From NCBI RefSeq assembly GCF_001194135.2, contig NC_068998.1, positions 29,447,337-29,495,163 on the forward strand: a stretch of 47,827 bases of DNA, read 5' to 3'. A program made the position numbers and the translations under genes. Origin of the DNA: Octopus bimaculoides (lineage: Eukaryota). The notes beneath the pieces were generated by a model. That model was not told where the DNA came from. It was given only the letters and a program-made list of their open reading frames with translations, and ran no database searches. Numbering within the stretch: the stretch's first letter is position 1; every line of letters begins with the position of its first letter. Positions 11,574-22,109 of this stretch are shown piece by piece.

Positions 11574-12502
11574 TAATGACTTTATTAATTTTAATTCCCT
11601 AAACGTTTCATTTTCTATCTCTAAATCACACTCTCTTCTCATTGAATTTACTCTTTTTTTTTACTTTCATTTTCATTTACTCTCTCACGGCCCTTTCTTC
11701 ATTTAGTCATAATTACATAAACATTACTATTTACTCTGTCATACGCTCACAATTTTGCAAACGAACACATAGACACACAAACTCATGTAAACAGTAAGTT
11801 CTCTTCTCTTGGTTTATCTGCCTCCCTCTCTCCCTCTCTTTCTTTCTCTGTCTCTCTACCTCTCAATAAATATATATACTTTTACTTGTAGTAGTTTTAG
11901 TCATCCACCTGCGCGTAAGCCGTGGCACCATACGTACTTGCGCGCACACACACACACACGTATATATATGTGAGAAGAGGTGGTGCTCTAGCGTGGCCTT
12001 GATCAAGATGGCTAAAATGAATCTAGAACTAAATATATATATACAAAATATCTACTAATACAGTTTGCTGTGGTTCTCTCCTCTCTCCGTTGTCTCGACA
12101 TGCGTATGACAAGCAATTCGCTGCTTGGTACTTTTATATTTTTTAGGTATTTCATTAAAACATTGACTGGTCGTTTAGTTAACCGAGAAATGTACGTCAT
12201 AAGTTTAACTGTCCATTTTCAATAATCTAATTAGATCTTACATTGTGCACAACTGTGTCACTCCTTTTAATAATTCCTTCATGCTAATCTTTATTTCATC
12301 CAGAATGTTGTCCACCGTTTATTTCCTTCATCCTTTGCATCTATTTTGACTCTTCTTCATATTTTCTTATCTCTTATATTCTTCTGCTTCAATATCTACG
12401 TCACTATTTTGTTTTTAATGTTTTAAGCGTTTAAATAAATTTTCTATTCCAGTTTATCCTTTTCTGGATCAAACTCTTGATACTAAGTAATCAATAAAAC
12501 TG

Positions 12503-12610
12503 ATAAAATTTAATGCCTTTTAATTCATAAAATTTAATGCCTTTTAATTCATAAAATTTAATGCCTTTTATTTTAAACTGCCTTTTAAAATGCCTTTTAT
12601 TTTAAACTTA
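12503..12610 (+). repeat. 24-bp tandem repeat (ataaaatttaatgccttttaattc) x about 3 plus partial copies
   Basis: Read directly from the sequence. Confidence 0.85.
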
Positions 12611-13199
12611 ATGATTCTTGTTACTAAAGGTTTAGGCCCCACTCCACCCCTTTTTCTTTTTTACATATATCCCTTAGATTACTTATGTTTAGAGTTATTT
12701 TTATATGCTTGACAAATTGAACATTTTTACACAATTTTCTCATGTTTACACAATCAAACATTTAAGAAGAAATTCTGAAGAAATTTAAGTAGTTCTATAT
12801 CAGTATTGCTTTTATTATTTTAAAGATTATAGCTATAATACTTAGTATAATATTTTCGTGACCCTTTCCCTCACAATATATCTTTTACATTATTCCTACT
12901 TAATTCAGCTATTATATTTCCGTCACATTTATTCTAAAAATATAGCATATGTGAAGTCTGCACTTGTTTTACGCTGGTCTTTCGAAAAAATTTGTTTACT
13001 TTTCTGACTTGAGTCATCTAAAGTAGTTACGTTTGTTTTCTCTAGTAGCCGGGCAACCACCGACGAAATCGTCCCCACCCCGGTTTGAATGTGAAACGAG
13101 CTGTTATGCCTACTCCAAAAATCAAGTTATAATATTTTGAATAAATTTCCAAAACTGTTCTCTTTAGAGTTGAAGGAAAGACTGAAGAAAATCTATCAT

Positions 13200-14120
13200 T
13201 ATAGAAGTATCTCACAAAGTAGTCAAAAATGGAATGGCTTTTGATCTCAACCGTATGATAATTGTTCTTTCATAATAGGCATTAGGACAATTTCATGCTT
13301 TCTTTATTTCCGAAGTGAATCACAAGTTGACAAAGCTAACAGTGCCAAGAGAACTTATGCAGTATTGAGTAATCATGGAATGAAGCACGTGCTTCTTTTC
13401 CTTCAGGGAATTTACCGAATGTTGAATTTCAGTTTCAATCGTTTTAGTTTACATAATCAGTATTTAATGATATCATTAGTATACGAAAATATTTTGAGTT
13501 TCTTAATTAAAGATGAATTGCAGAAAGAAACTAAATTAATCGAAATTGACTCCAGTAATTAAAGTAATTACAAAAACTTTAATAGTGTTTATCTTGAAGA
13601 AAGGTAACAGCACATTTAATTAGTGAACCTTTTGATGATAAGTTCAGAGTTAGAAGATTTAAAATTGATTCCTTGAAATTTCTGTGACATTTTATATTCA
13701 AATGAAAGTTTTCATTTTAGTGAAGAGAGAATTATTGCTAGATTAAAGATATAAAGATTTAAGATCTAAAAGAAGCTGATGATCTTAGTGTATCTATCAT
13801 TGTTATCATTACGCTAATTGTCCATTTCTGCCCATTGTGACCGAAAGCAATCTAGAGAGGGTATTGTTTAACAGCAGACAATTTACTTACTCGACAGAAA
13901 ATAATCCCGAATATTGGTACCAGAGAAAGTACACAAGAGATGGGCTTCATCATTCAAAATATGATTTGTAATCGAATTTAATGACTAATTTAACCATCTT
14001 GCTACATTCATCAACATTCACTGAATAAATATTCTCTTAAATTAACTGTATCAAAACAAGAAATAACAATTCTTTAAAAACAGAGAGACTGCATAAGATA
14101 GATTACTTGCAAAGCAATTT
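13200..14120 (+). pseudogene. highly decayed hAT-family transposase
   Basis: From 13975: NLMTNLTILLHSSTFTE*IFS*INCIKTRNNNSLKTERL resembles the hAT dimerisation domain (LPHSSA.VERIFS.MN.IKT..RN.L..E). Near 13.24-13.32 kb, WLLISTV...*DNFML(F)FISEV resembles the RW.S...W..L..FF motif. Multiple stops and frameshifts. Confidence 0.6.
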
Positions 14121-14782
14121 ATTATTAGAAACGCTGCTATGGAATGCACTATGTAGGAACCTAGAAAAGAATTAATCAAGTACTTAAAAGAAGGTGTCAT
14201 CAACAAAAGATTCTAGAAGTTAGAAAATAACGAATTGTTTACCCTTTTTAGAGATTTGAAGATGCCGAATTATAATTATTATTGTGGTGTGCATATAAAA
14301 ATAAGTAAAATATTCTTGAAAATCTCATTTGGAGCCCTACTACCAATCTGTTTCATTACAATCAATATTTCTGAAAATCTTTAAAAATTATTAAATGTCT
14401 TAAAGCGACTTCATTATTTTTCGTATTAATGTTTGAAGTATTTTACTAATGTTTCGCTTTCCTTTTCGTATTTCATTATTATAATAAATTTCAATCTTCT
14501 TTTTAAAAAAGTTGAAGACACACTGAAGAAATGTTGTACAAAATACCTTCCAGATTCGCCATCCTTGATAAGCGTTTCTACAGCAAACGTATTTTGTGCA
14601 CTGGTTCAAACCATGATGGTAACTAAAAGAAAATTTTTTTTTAAAAATCAAAAATAGAACCTGTAAAGCTTCAGCTATATGAAGATACCATTACCACATG
14701 TCTAACGTCACTTGTGGCAGTGTGCGAAAGAAAAGCCTATAGGGGTGGGCTTCAGCTGTACGCGGTATGACGGTATGGGAGT

Positions 14783-15219
14783 CTTTTATTTTTACTTGTT
14801 TCAGTCATACGACTGCGGCCTTGCTGAAGCACACCAGAAGATCTTTTCTTCAGTTGTTTCAGTTATTGGACTGCGGCCATGCTGAGCACCGCCTTGAAGA
14901 ACTTTAGTGGAAAGAATCGACCCCAGTACTTATTTTCTTAAAGCTTGGTACTTATTCTATCGGTCGCTTAAACCGAACCGCTAAGTTATGAGAACGTAAA
15001 CACACCAACGCCGGTTGTCAAGCTATGACAGGGGACAAACACATACATACACACACATATATGACGGGCTTCTTTCAGTTTCCGTCTACCAAATCCATTC
15101 ACAAAGTTTGGGTCGGCCCGAAGCTATAGTAGAAAGCACTTGCCCAAGGTGTTATGCAGTGGAACAGAACCTGGAACCATGTGGTTGGGAAGCAAACTTC
15201 TTACCACACAGCCACATAT
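14783..15219 (-). mobile_element. SINE family A with tandemly duplicated 3' tail
   Basis: Full body plus two successive tails (14783-14832 and from about 14842). Confidence 0.9.
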
Positions 15220-15929
15220 ATAATTAATCAAAGGAGGGCAGATTTCATGAGAGTATTTGTAATGATGGATCGAGAAATGTAGGTCAATGTATGTCAAGGA
15301 ACGTGCAGGAGCGCGTGTGTGGAACATACCTGTTAGAAATAGATTATACTGAAAAGGATCTGTTATAATTTTTGATTAAATTTTAATGAAAAATTCCAAG
15401 TGAAAAAAAAACTGAAATAACTTAATAAAATCAGGAAGAAGAAGCTCTGCAGAATTTTTGCATTGCAAAATATGAGTAGTATTTCGAAGGTTAGTGACGC
15501 CTCGTTGACCATTTTTACGCCGAATAAGCAGTTTCTCATTATATAACAAAATTAACATATAAAAGTAATTTTTTAAAAAAAAGGGTACGTCGAACAAAAT
15601 GCCTTATTGTATTTTGTTGCAGTTTTTTATGTACTGAGTTGAAATCTAGCCGATGTTACGCAGTCAAATTTACTTTTCATCTCTCCTAGTCGATAAAACA
15701 AGCATAGGTTAAGCATTAGGGTCAATTTAATCGACTGACCCCACTGCACTAATTTCAGACCTGGTGACTATGTTACAAACAATTAAGCGAGTTGATTGGT
15801 AGAGTCGTTAGAACATCGGAAGGAATGCATTGAAATATTTCTTTCGGCTTTCAAATACCACTGAAGTCCACTGTAAGGGTTGATTATATCGACTGACCCT
15901 TTCCCTCATAAACGCTGGCTTTGTGCCTA

Positions 15930-16115
15930 AAACCTCCTCTTCCTCCTCCTTCCTTCTTCCTCCTCCTTCCTTCTTCCTCCTCCTTCCTTCTTCCTCCTCC
16001 TTCCTTCTTCCTCCTCCTCCTTCTCATCATCTTGTTATTGTTGTTATCGTTGTCGTCGTCGTCGTTGTTGTTGCTGTTATTGTTGTTGTTATTATTGTTA
16101 TTGTTGCTGTTCTTG
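15930..16115 (+). repeat. low-complexity (CCT/CTT)n then (TCG/TTG/TTA)n tract
   Basis: Read directly from the sequence. Confidence 0.9.
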
Positions 16116-16124
16116 TTGAGGCGA

Positions 16125-16515
16125 TGGGCTGGGTGGGTAGTCTTACCTGGAAATGGACCGAGAAGAAACTATCCCTGAAGAGTCGGGTGGAAGTAGCCAA
16201 TGCCTACACTGCATCCGTCTTCTATTACCTCCTGACCGTTGTGTCTTGCCCTGCTTTATGACTGGTTGGAATGGAATGCTTTCTGCAAAGAGGCGTGTTC
16301 CGCTGTCAGCTGCTCCATTTTCTGTCAACATTCGTTAAGTGGAGGACTAGGCATTTTGCACGGTTATTGATGTGCAAATATGAAATGAGGTTGCGATACC
16401 TCCAGTGTTTCCTTGACGGTGGGCAAGTGTTGTCACTGTGTATTAGACACTCATTTCCGCAGCTTGTCTCTTTGACAGAGTTACAGTCGTGGATCAAGCG
16501 TAGATTAATGCAGAA
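16125..16515 (+). mobile_element. Tx1/L1-clade LINE ORF2 fragment (post-RT region)
   Basis: WTEKKLSLKSRVEVANAYTASVFYYLLTVVSCP...MRLRYLQCFLDGGQV...FPQLVSLTELQSWIKRR. It matches the L1/Tx1 LS..GR...N....S...Y motif and is homologous to 45306-45497 (minus). Confidence 0.75.
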
Positions 16516-16775
16516 TTAAGACAATCTTTTGCACTTCCTGCATTGATGGTAAGTCAGGGTCATTCTCAAATAATTTTCAGTTCCTCTTTTGATCATTCCA
16601 AGTGCTCCTACAATCACTGGTACTGTAACCGTCTTGAGATATCACATCTTTTCGATTTCTATTCGCAGATCTTATATTTTTTGAGCTTATCAAATTCTTT
16701 TTCCGAGATATTATGGTCACAGGACATGCTCATGTCAATCAATAAACAGACTTTATTGTTCTGACCTTTCACAAC
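16515..16775 (-). mobile_element. R4/Dong-like retrotransposon fragment (restriction-like endonuclease domain)
   Basis: Minus frames: VVKGQNNKVCLLIDMSMSCDHNISEKEFDKLKKYK..IEK...KTVTVPVIVGALGMIKRGTENYL..PDLPSMQEVQKIVL, i.e. the REL PD..D...K..KY and P.VVGALG motifs. Confidence 0.8.
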
Positions 16776-16790
16776 ATTATTATTGTTATT

Positions 16791-19306
16791 TTGGTTTGGC
16801 TCAGGTCCTGGTAGAATTTAAGTGGGTAGCGGGTTATCACCTGTAATCACAAGTTTTCAGCAGTCTTTCAAGTGCTTAGAACCCTCCTGATAATCCTTGT
16901 TCTCCCTAAGAGACAAACTTTCTGTATGAGCTCTATCGGGCATTCTATTCCAATCTCCTTCAGCCATTTGTCTATATCTTTGCTTACTGTTCCCAACGTA
17001 CCAATTATTATAGGCACGATCTTTATTGTTCCCATACTCCAAATTCTTCCTATTTCAAGCTTTAAGAGATTGTATTTTTTTTTCGTTTTTCTTCTTTCTT
17101 TACAATCCTGGAACCAAACGGGCAACCTCGCTTTTCCTTATATATAATTATTATGTTTGATCTATTATTTTCTAGCTTCTTATCCGTTTGAATAGGAAAG
17201 TCCCACAAAACCTTACATTTCTCCGGCTCCAATACTCTTTTGACTCGATGATTGTACCATGTGTTCAAATCCCAATTTCTGGCACAGTTTCCAGTGTAAA
17301 ACTTTTACAATCTGATCGTGCCTCCATTTCTTAGATTCTTGCTGTGCCAAGTAGGGGCAATGTGTACCACTGTCTCGTTTCAAGTTCCACAGACTCTACA
17401 ATTTTCTGACACATTCTCTCCATATATATTTTTTTCTCAAATTGTTTGTTTTTATCGTATGATCTTGGGCTGCTACAATTAGGCTCTCTGTTTCTTTTTT
17501 TAATTGCCCCTTTTTTAACCAAGCCCAGGATTTTGTTCGATATAGGTCTTCAGTGGCTCTCCAAAATTGGCCATGCAGAGGTTTCTTTTCGATCTGTCTC
17601 ACGTGCTTTCTTTGTATTTCATTCTTGTCTTTTTCTCCTATTACGCGCTTCATCACCTGTTCTTTATTCATTGTCTTCAGTAGTTTTTCTGTACTTCTCT
17701 GTAAATACTCTACTAGGCTTTTTCTTTCCAAACTTCTGTCTTACTGTATATAGATTAATTCTGACGTCTTTTTGTCTTGGTACAGTTGCAACTTGTCTTT
17801 CTATCTTTATTAGACTTTCCGCGCTTTCTTTATGTCTCGCCAGCCTGTTCCACAACCTTCCCCAAAATTCTTTACTTTTTCCCGCATCTGGAATCAGTTC
17901 CTGGTGTTGGTCTCACTCTATTTCCTCAAAAAGACGCCTCATATTTCATTGGAAAAGTCTATACTGTTCGAAACCTTTGCATCTAACATCATATCTTTTC
18001 ATTTTGTATCAATTCTTCGTGTACTGGTTGTTTTCCCCTTTCTTCTAACCTGTACTGTTCATTCAATTTTCTGATTTCTACCTTATTCTTGAGCTCCACA
18101 CTCATTATCCTATTCATTTGCCTCAGTTCTTTCCGTGTCTTTTCCAGCTTCATTTGTATTCTCTTCCGCCAGTTTGGTTTTTTTCCTTTCATTTGATTTT
18201 ATATCTTCATCTTTTTCGCTTGCAGCCTACTATGTTAGTTGGTTTGTTTCACTGAAGTTTTCTGTTTTAATCAGACTTCAAACGCCATTTACTTTGCTTG
18301 TGGCTCTTCCCACTTTTTTTATGTTCATATATCTTACATTGTTCCCATCAGTCATTTTGCCTCGCAACATTTCTAATACCTCCTTCTCTTCATCATTCAA
18401 GTCTTGTGCAGTACTTACTGTCACTTGACCATCTAGATTGTTTTCATTAGCTACTTTATCAGTATTCTCCGGTACTCTGGTTTCCATCTGTTTCATGTTC
18501 TTCATCTCTTACCCATTCGTTACCGCTTTCTGCTACAGCTGTTTCACTATCCTTCTGCTCTTTTTTATGTTTGGATTGCTCTTGCTTGGTTATCAGTCGC
18601 TGGGCGGATATTTCAAAACCTTTTTCATCCCCTATTCTCTTGAATCGCTTCAAAAAGCCTCTTTTATTTGGTACACTTCTCAGCCAGCATTCTATTACTG
18701 TTTTGTTTATATCTTTTTCCCATTTCGTTCTTTTTCTTTTGCACTTTTCACTGCGATTTTGGTCCTGATCAATAGCTTGATGACGACCTGCTGGAGCCTG
18801 GTCAGATACTCCCTGCCTGCCGTGCGCGACACTTTCATGGTTAACAGTTCCAGTTCCGATAGTGAAGCTGTGGTTATTATTTAATTTTGACATCACTCAT
18901 TTAGAGGTAGCATTTGTAAGGTTGTGCAATAACCAGTATCGTGACACTATCACTAGGAGAGTTGCTAGCCAAGGCTCTAAGAGTCCACATTTACCCTTGT
19001 GTACAGTTTTTAGTGTCAGTTCGTTCACTCCATTGTTTTATATCTTTCTATTTGTCATTTTCATTCCTGAGAATTTTGGTGTTGAGGTAACACAACCATC
19101 AGTGTTTTTATTGAGACACTGTCTCTAGAGGGGTTGCCGACCAAGGCTAAAGGGATTCCTCTCCCATGAGATTCGCGCTAACGCCAACATGGTATTTCTA
19201 GGTCTCGAGGTCGGCTTACAGGTACTACACTTTACCCAACGGTGATCTGAAAATAGTTTTGGTTAAGGGCAGCCTTGTCCTTCCCACGTCGCGACGCTAC
19301 AACCAG
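16791..19306 (-). mobile_element. R4/Dong-like non-LTR retrotransposon, 5' UTR to 3' end, RT domain deleted
   Basis: N-terminus KRTKWEKDINKTVIECWLRSVPNKRGFLKR; KKPNWRKRI; PLHGQFWR..SWAWLKKGQLKKETESLIVAAQD; LAQQESKKWRHDQIVKVLHWKLC; KVLWDFPIQTDKKLENNR; KIVPIIIGTLGTV...IQKVCLLGRTRIIRRVLST*. AAT/AAC-rich repeats lie on both flanks. Confidence 0.88.
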
Positions 19307-19479
19307 ATTATTGTTGTTGCTCTTGTTGTCTTTTTAACTCTCATTTTTCCAGGTCAATAAATAAACGCTAGACAATTACTGAAGTTGATATAATCGACTG
19401 TTTCCTTTTCACTAAATTTGAGACCTTGTACCTATGTCATAAACCAGTATCGTTGTCTTCATTAAAGTGTATATACAAA

Positions 19480-19860
19480 AATATAATAAAATATAATTAT
19501 TGTGAGCCTCTCAAAACGTTCAGACTCTACTCTCTCCAACCCTGCTCTAAACTCAGCATCATTTGGACAAAGTGTAAACATATCAACGTTGACCAAATGA
19601 TATTAGCATCATGTATGATATCATCCAAGGCTAGGAATCCATACCTTCTACCAAAATCGAACTCACATCATATAACCACATTATGACACAACACTTTTAT
19701 CCAGACTGGGCCTGCTCCATTTAATATCATTCCAAAATTAATCAAAGAAGAGAATGATACCATATCTATTAAACGGTATCTGGACATACATCAGACAAAC
19801 CACCGACACGTTTCTTGTGAGGGCTACCACATCCCCAAATGTATCTTAAAACGCCTACCA
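19480..19860 (+). mobile_element. decayed LINE 3' fragment (CR1/L2 group)
   Basis: PRLG...SNSHHITTL*HNTFIQTGPAPFNIIPKLIKEEND.ISIKRYLD...DKPPT, the same motif class as 4090-4314. Confidence 0.6.
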
Positions 19861-21221
19861 GGGGTGGGTGTCATTAAGTTAGCTATGCTTTTAACCCATG
19901 CTAGTTGAAAACTATCTAAATTTACCTAAGTTTATGTGTATTCTGTATAGGATATGATAGTTTTCATGAACCTATATTTACTTGAATTAATTGGTACATC
20001 TCCATAGATTTAAGGATCCATAAATGTACACTAAATATATGTGATTGCAATTGTATTACACAATATGAAGTTTCTTAATTTTTTACCAGCAGTCTCTTAA
20101 TATATATCTATAGCCATCCCTTACTGTCACATGAGTCTCTTTTGCAACAATTTTCAATACAGAAATTTTGTCTTCTTATTTGAATCAACCATTAGGTTGA
20201 GATGAGTCTCAACCTTTATTAAAACATTCAACCCTTTCTGTATAAGGAATGTTGGATTTTGTCTACTTCATTTGTTTTCCTTTTATGAAGATTATTAATT
20301 CTTCGGTTGTCTGTCTTCACCATAGTTCTTTAGTTTGTCTTAGTTATCTCAATTAAGGCCATGCTAAAGCATAACATATGGTGGTTCAAATTTTCTTTTG
20401 TTTTGTGACTTATTCTACATTCCTAATTTTTCTTACATGTTTATACTTCTTTTACAGGGAAGTTATCTGTTGTTTTAGTTTTGTTTCTTTTCCGCAGATT
20501 ATCATTATGGTTGTATCTACAGTTATTGCTATTTGTTTTCTAGCAGGCAACCCAGAAGGTGAGATAAAAATGTAAGAGACAAAGCAGGAAATGTGATATT
20601 AATGTTTTAATGGTAACGTTCGACTTCAGCTACATGAGAATGCTTTCAAGATTTTCACCATCTGTATGCACTCACTTTCTTACACTAAGCTTATTTTTCT
20701 TGTTATTTTAGTTGTTAGTAGTGTTGTTCTCATAGTATGGTAATGGAAGTAGAATAATTTCTATAGTAGAAAGAATAAGATGCCAGAAGTTATTCTATCA
20801 ATTTTTTGTTTGTTACATGTCGGAAAAAATAAGTTTCCAATAGTTCTAAGTGTGAAATCATATTTAATGCGAATAAACTATACGCCGTACATAGAAATGG
20901 GGAAAATTGTTAGATTGTTTTTGGCAAGCAGAGGTGAAAATTTGCTATCCGGTTTAATCGTATGTGTTATCTTTTTCTGCAAAGCTAAATTTGAATAAAA
21001 TTATGATGTAGATATATTACTATACAAACTAACAAATAAATCCACACGTAGATATGTTAAAATGATCACCTCTAATTAATTTCCTTAACGACTGCCAAAT
21101 ATGTATTTATAATACAACAGTTAATACGAATATCAAGATAATTGGATAAAAATCAAAATGATAGTTACCCACAGCATGGTAACAGGAATGTATTAATGGT
21201 GATTTGATTTTTTATTCGTAT

Positions 21222-21222
<1 letters not shown>

Positions 21223-21294
<72 letters not shown>
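21223..21294 (+). repeat. (CA)n running into a gap
   Basis: Read directly from the sequence. Confidence 0.95.
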
Positions 21295-21739
21295 NNNNNN
21301 NNNNNNNNNNNNNNNNNNNNNNNNNNNNNNNNNNNNNNNNNNNNNNNNNNNNNNNNNNNNNNNNNNNNNNNNNNNNNNNNNNNNNNNNNNNNNNNNNNNN
21401 NNNNNNNNNNNNNNNNNNNNNNNNNNNNNNNNNNNNNNNNNNNNNNNNNNNNNNNNNNNNNNNNNNNNNNNNNNNNNNNNNNNNNNNNNNNNNNNNNNNN
21501 NNNNNNNNNNNNNNNNNNNNNNNNNNNNNNNNNNNNNNNNNNNNNNNNNNNNNNNNNNNNNNNNNNNNNNNNNNNNNNNNNNNNNNNNNNNNNNNNNNNN
21601 NNNNNNNNNNNNNNNNNNNNNNNNNNNNNNNNNNNNNNNNNNNNNNNNNNNNNNNNNNNNNNNNNNNNNNNNNNNNNNNNNNNNNNNNNNNNNNNNNNNN
21701 NNNNNNNNNNNNNNNNNNNNNNNNNNNNNNNNNNNNNNN
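21295..21739. other. assembly gap (N)
   Basis: N run. Confidence 1.
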
Positions 21740-22109
21740 GCAATTCTCTTTTTTGTAACCATCTCACTCCCTCTTAACCTGCACTGAACTTGATCACATC
21801 CATAAAATTAACTTTATTACGTAAACAGAAACTTCTGTAAACTTCTGTACATTGATTTCTACACTTATTTATCTGCACACACATTATATTATTTTCAGTA
21901 ACCTCATGCACACACACTGAAATGTGCTGCCTGTGTCTATTGCCGCTAGCCACATACCTACACAATTATATCCTCAAATCCTCTTCCCTCTTCTCTGAGG
22001 TTTGTTCTTCGTTTAAACTAAAGTTACAAGACAATTCAATAAGCAAACATTTTAATTCCATTACAAAAAAAAAAAAAAGAAAAAAAGAAAATTCACACCT
22101 ACATCGTAA

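Noticed and set aside
13028-14070. Minus-strand exon-like segments, including signal-peptide-like MMKPISCVLSLVPIFGIIFCR|gtaagt and GITARFTFKPGGDDFVGGCPATRENK
   Set aside because: They lie antisense to, or beside, the decayed hAT transposase, which explains the sequence better. The phases do not join with the signal-peptide frame.
14545-14625. Segment with plausible splice sites on both strands (minus YHHGLNQCTKYVCCRNAYQGWRIWK; plus FAILDKRFYSKRILCTGSNHDG, faintly RCC1-like)
   Set aside because: The two readings are mutually exclusive, neither is recognisable and no partner exon was found.
19265-19300. ttcccacgtcg resembling the L3 loop of HDV/CPEB3 ribozymes
   Set aside because: It is antisense to the element and no 3-bp P3 closes a loop of the right size.
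20194-20215. Perfect hairpin aggttgaga-tgag-tctcaacct
   Set aside because: An isolated 9-bp stem is expected occasionally in 48 kb and has no supporting context.
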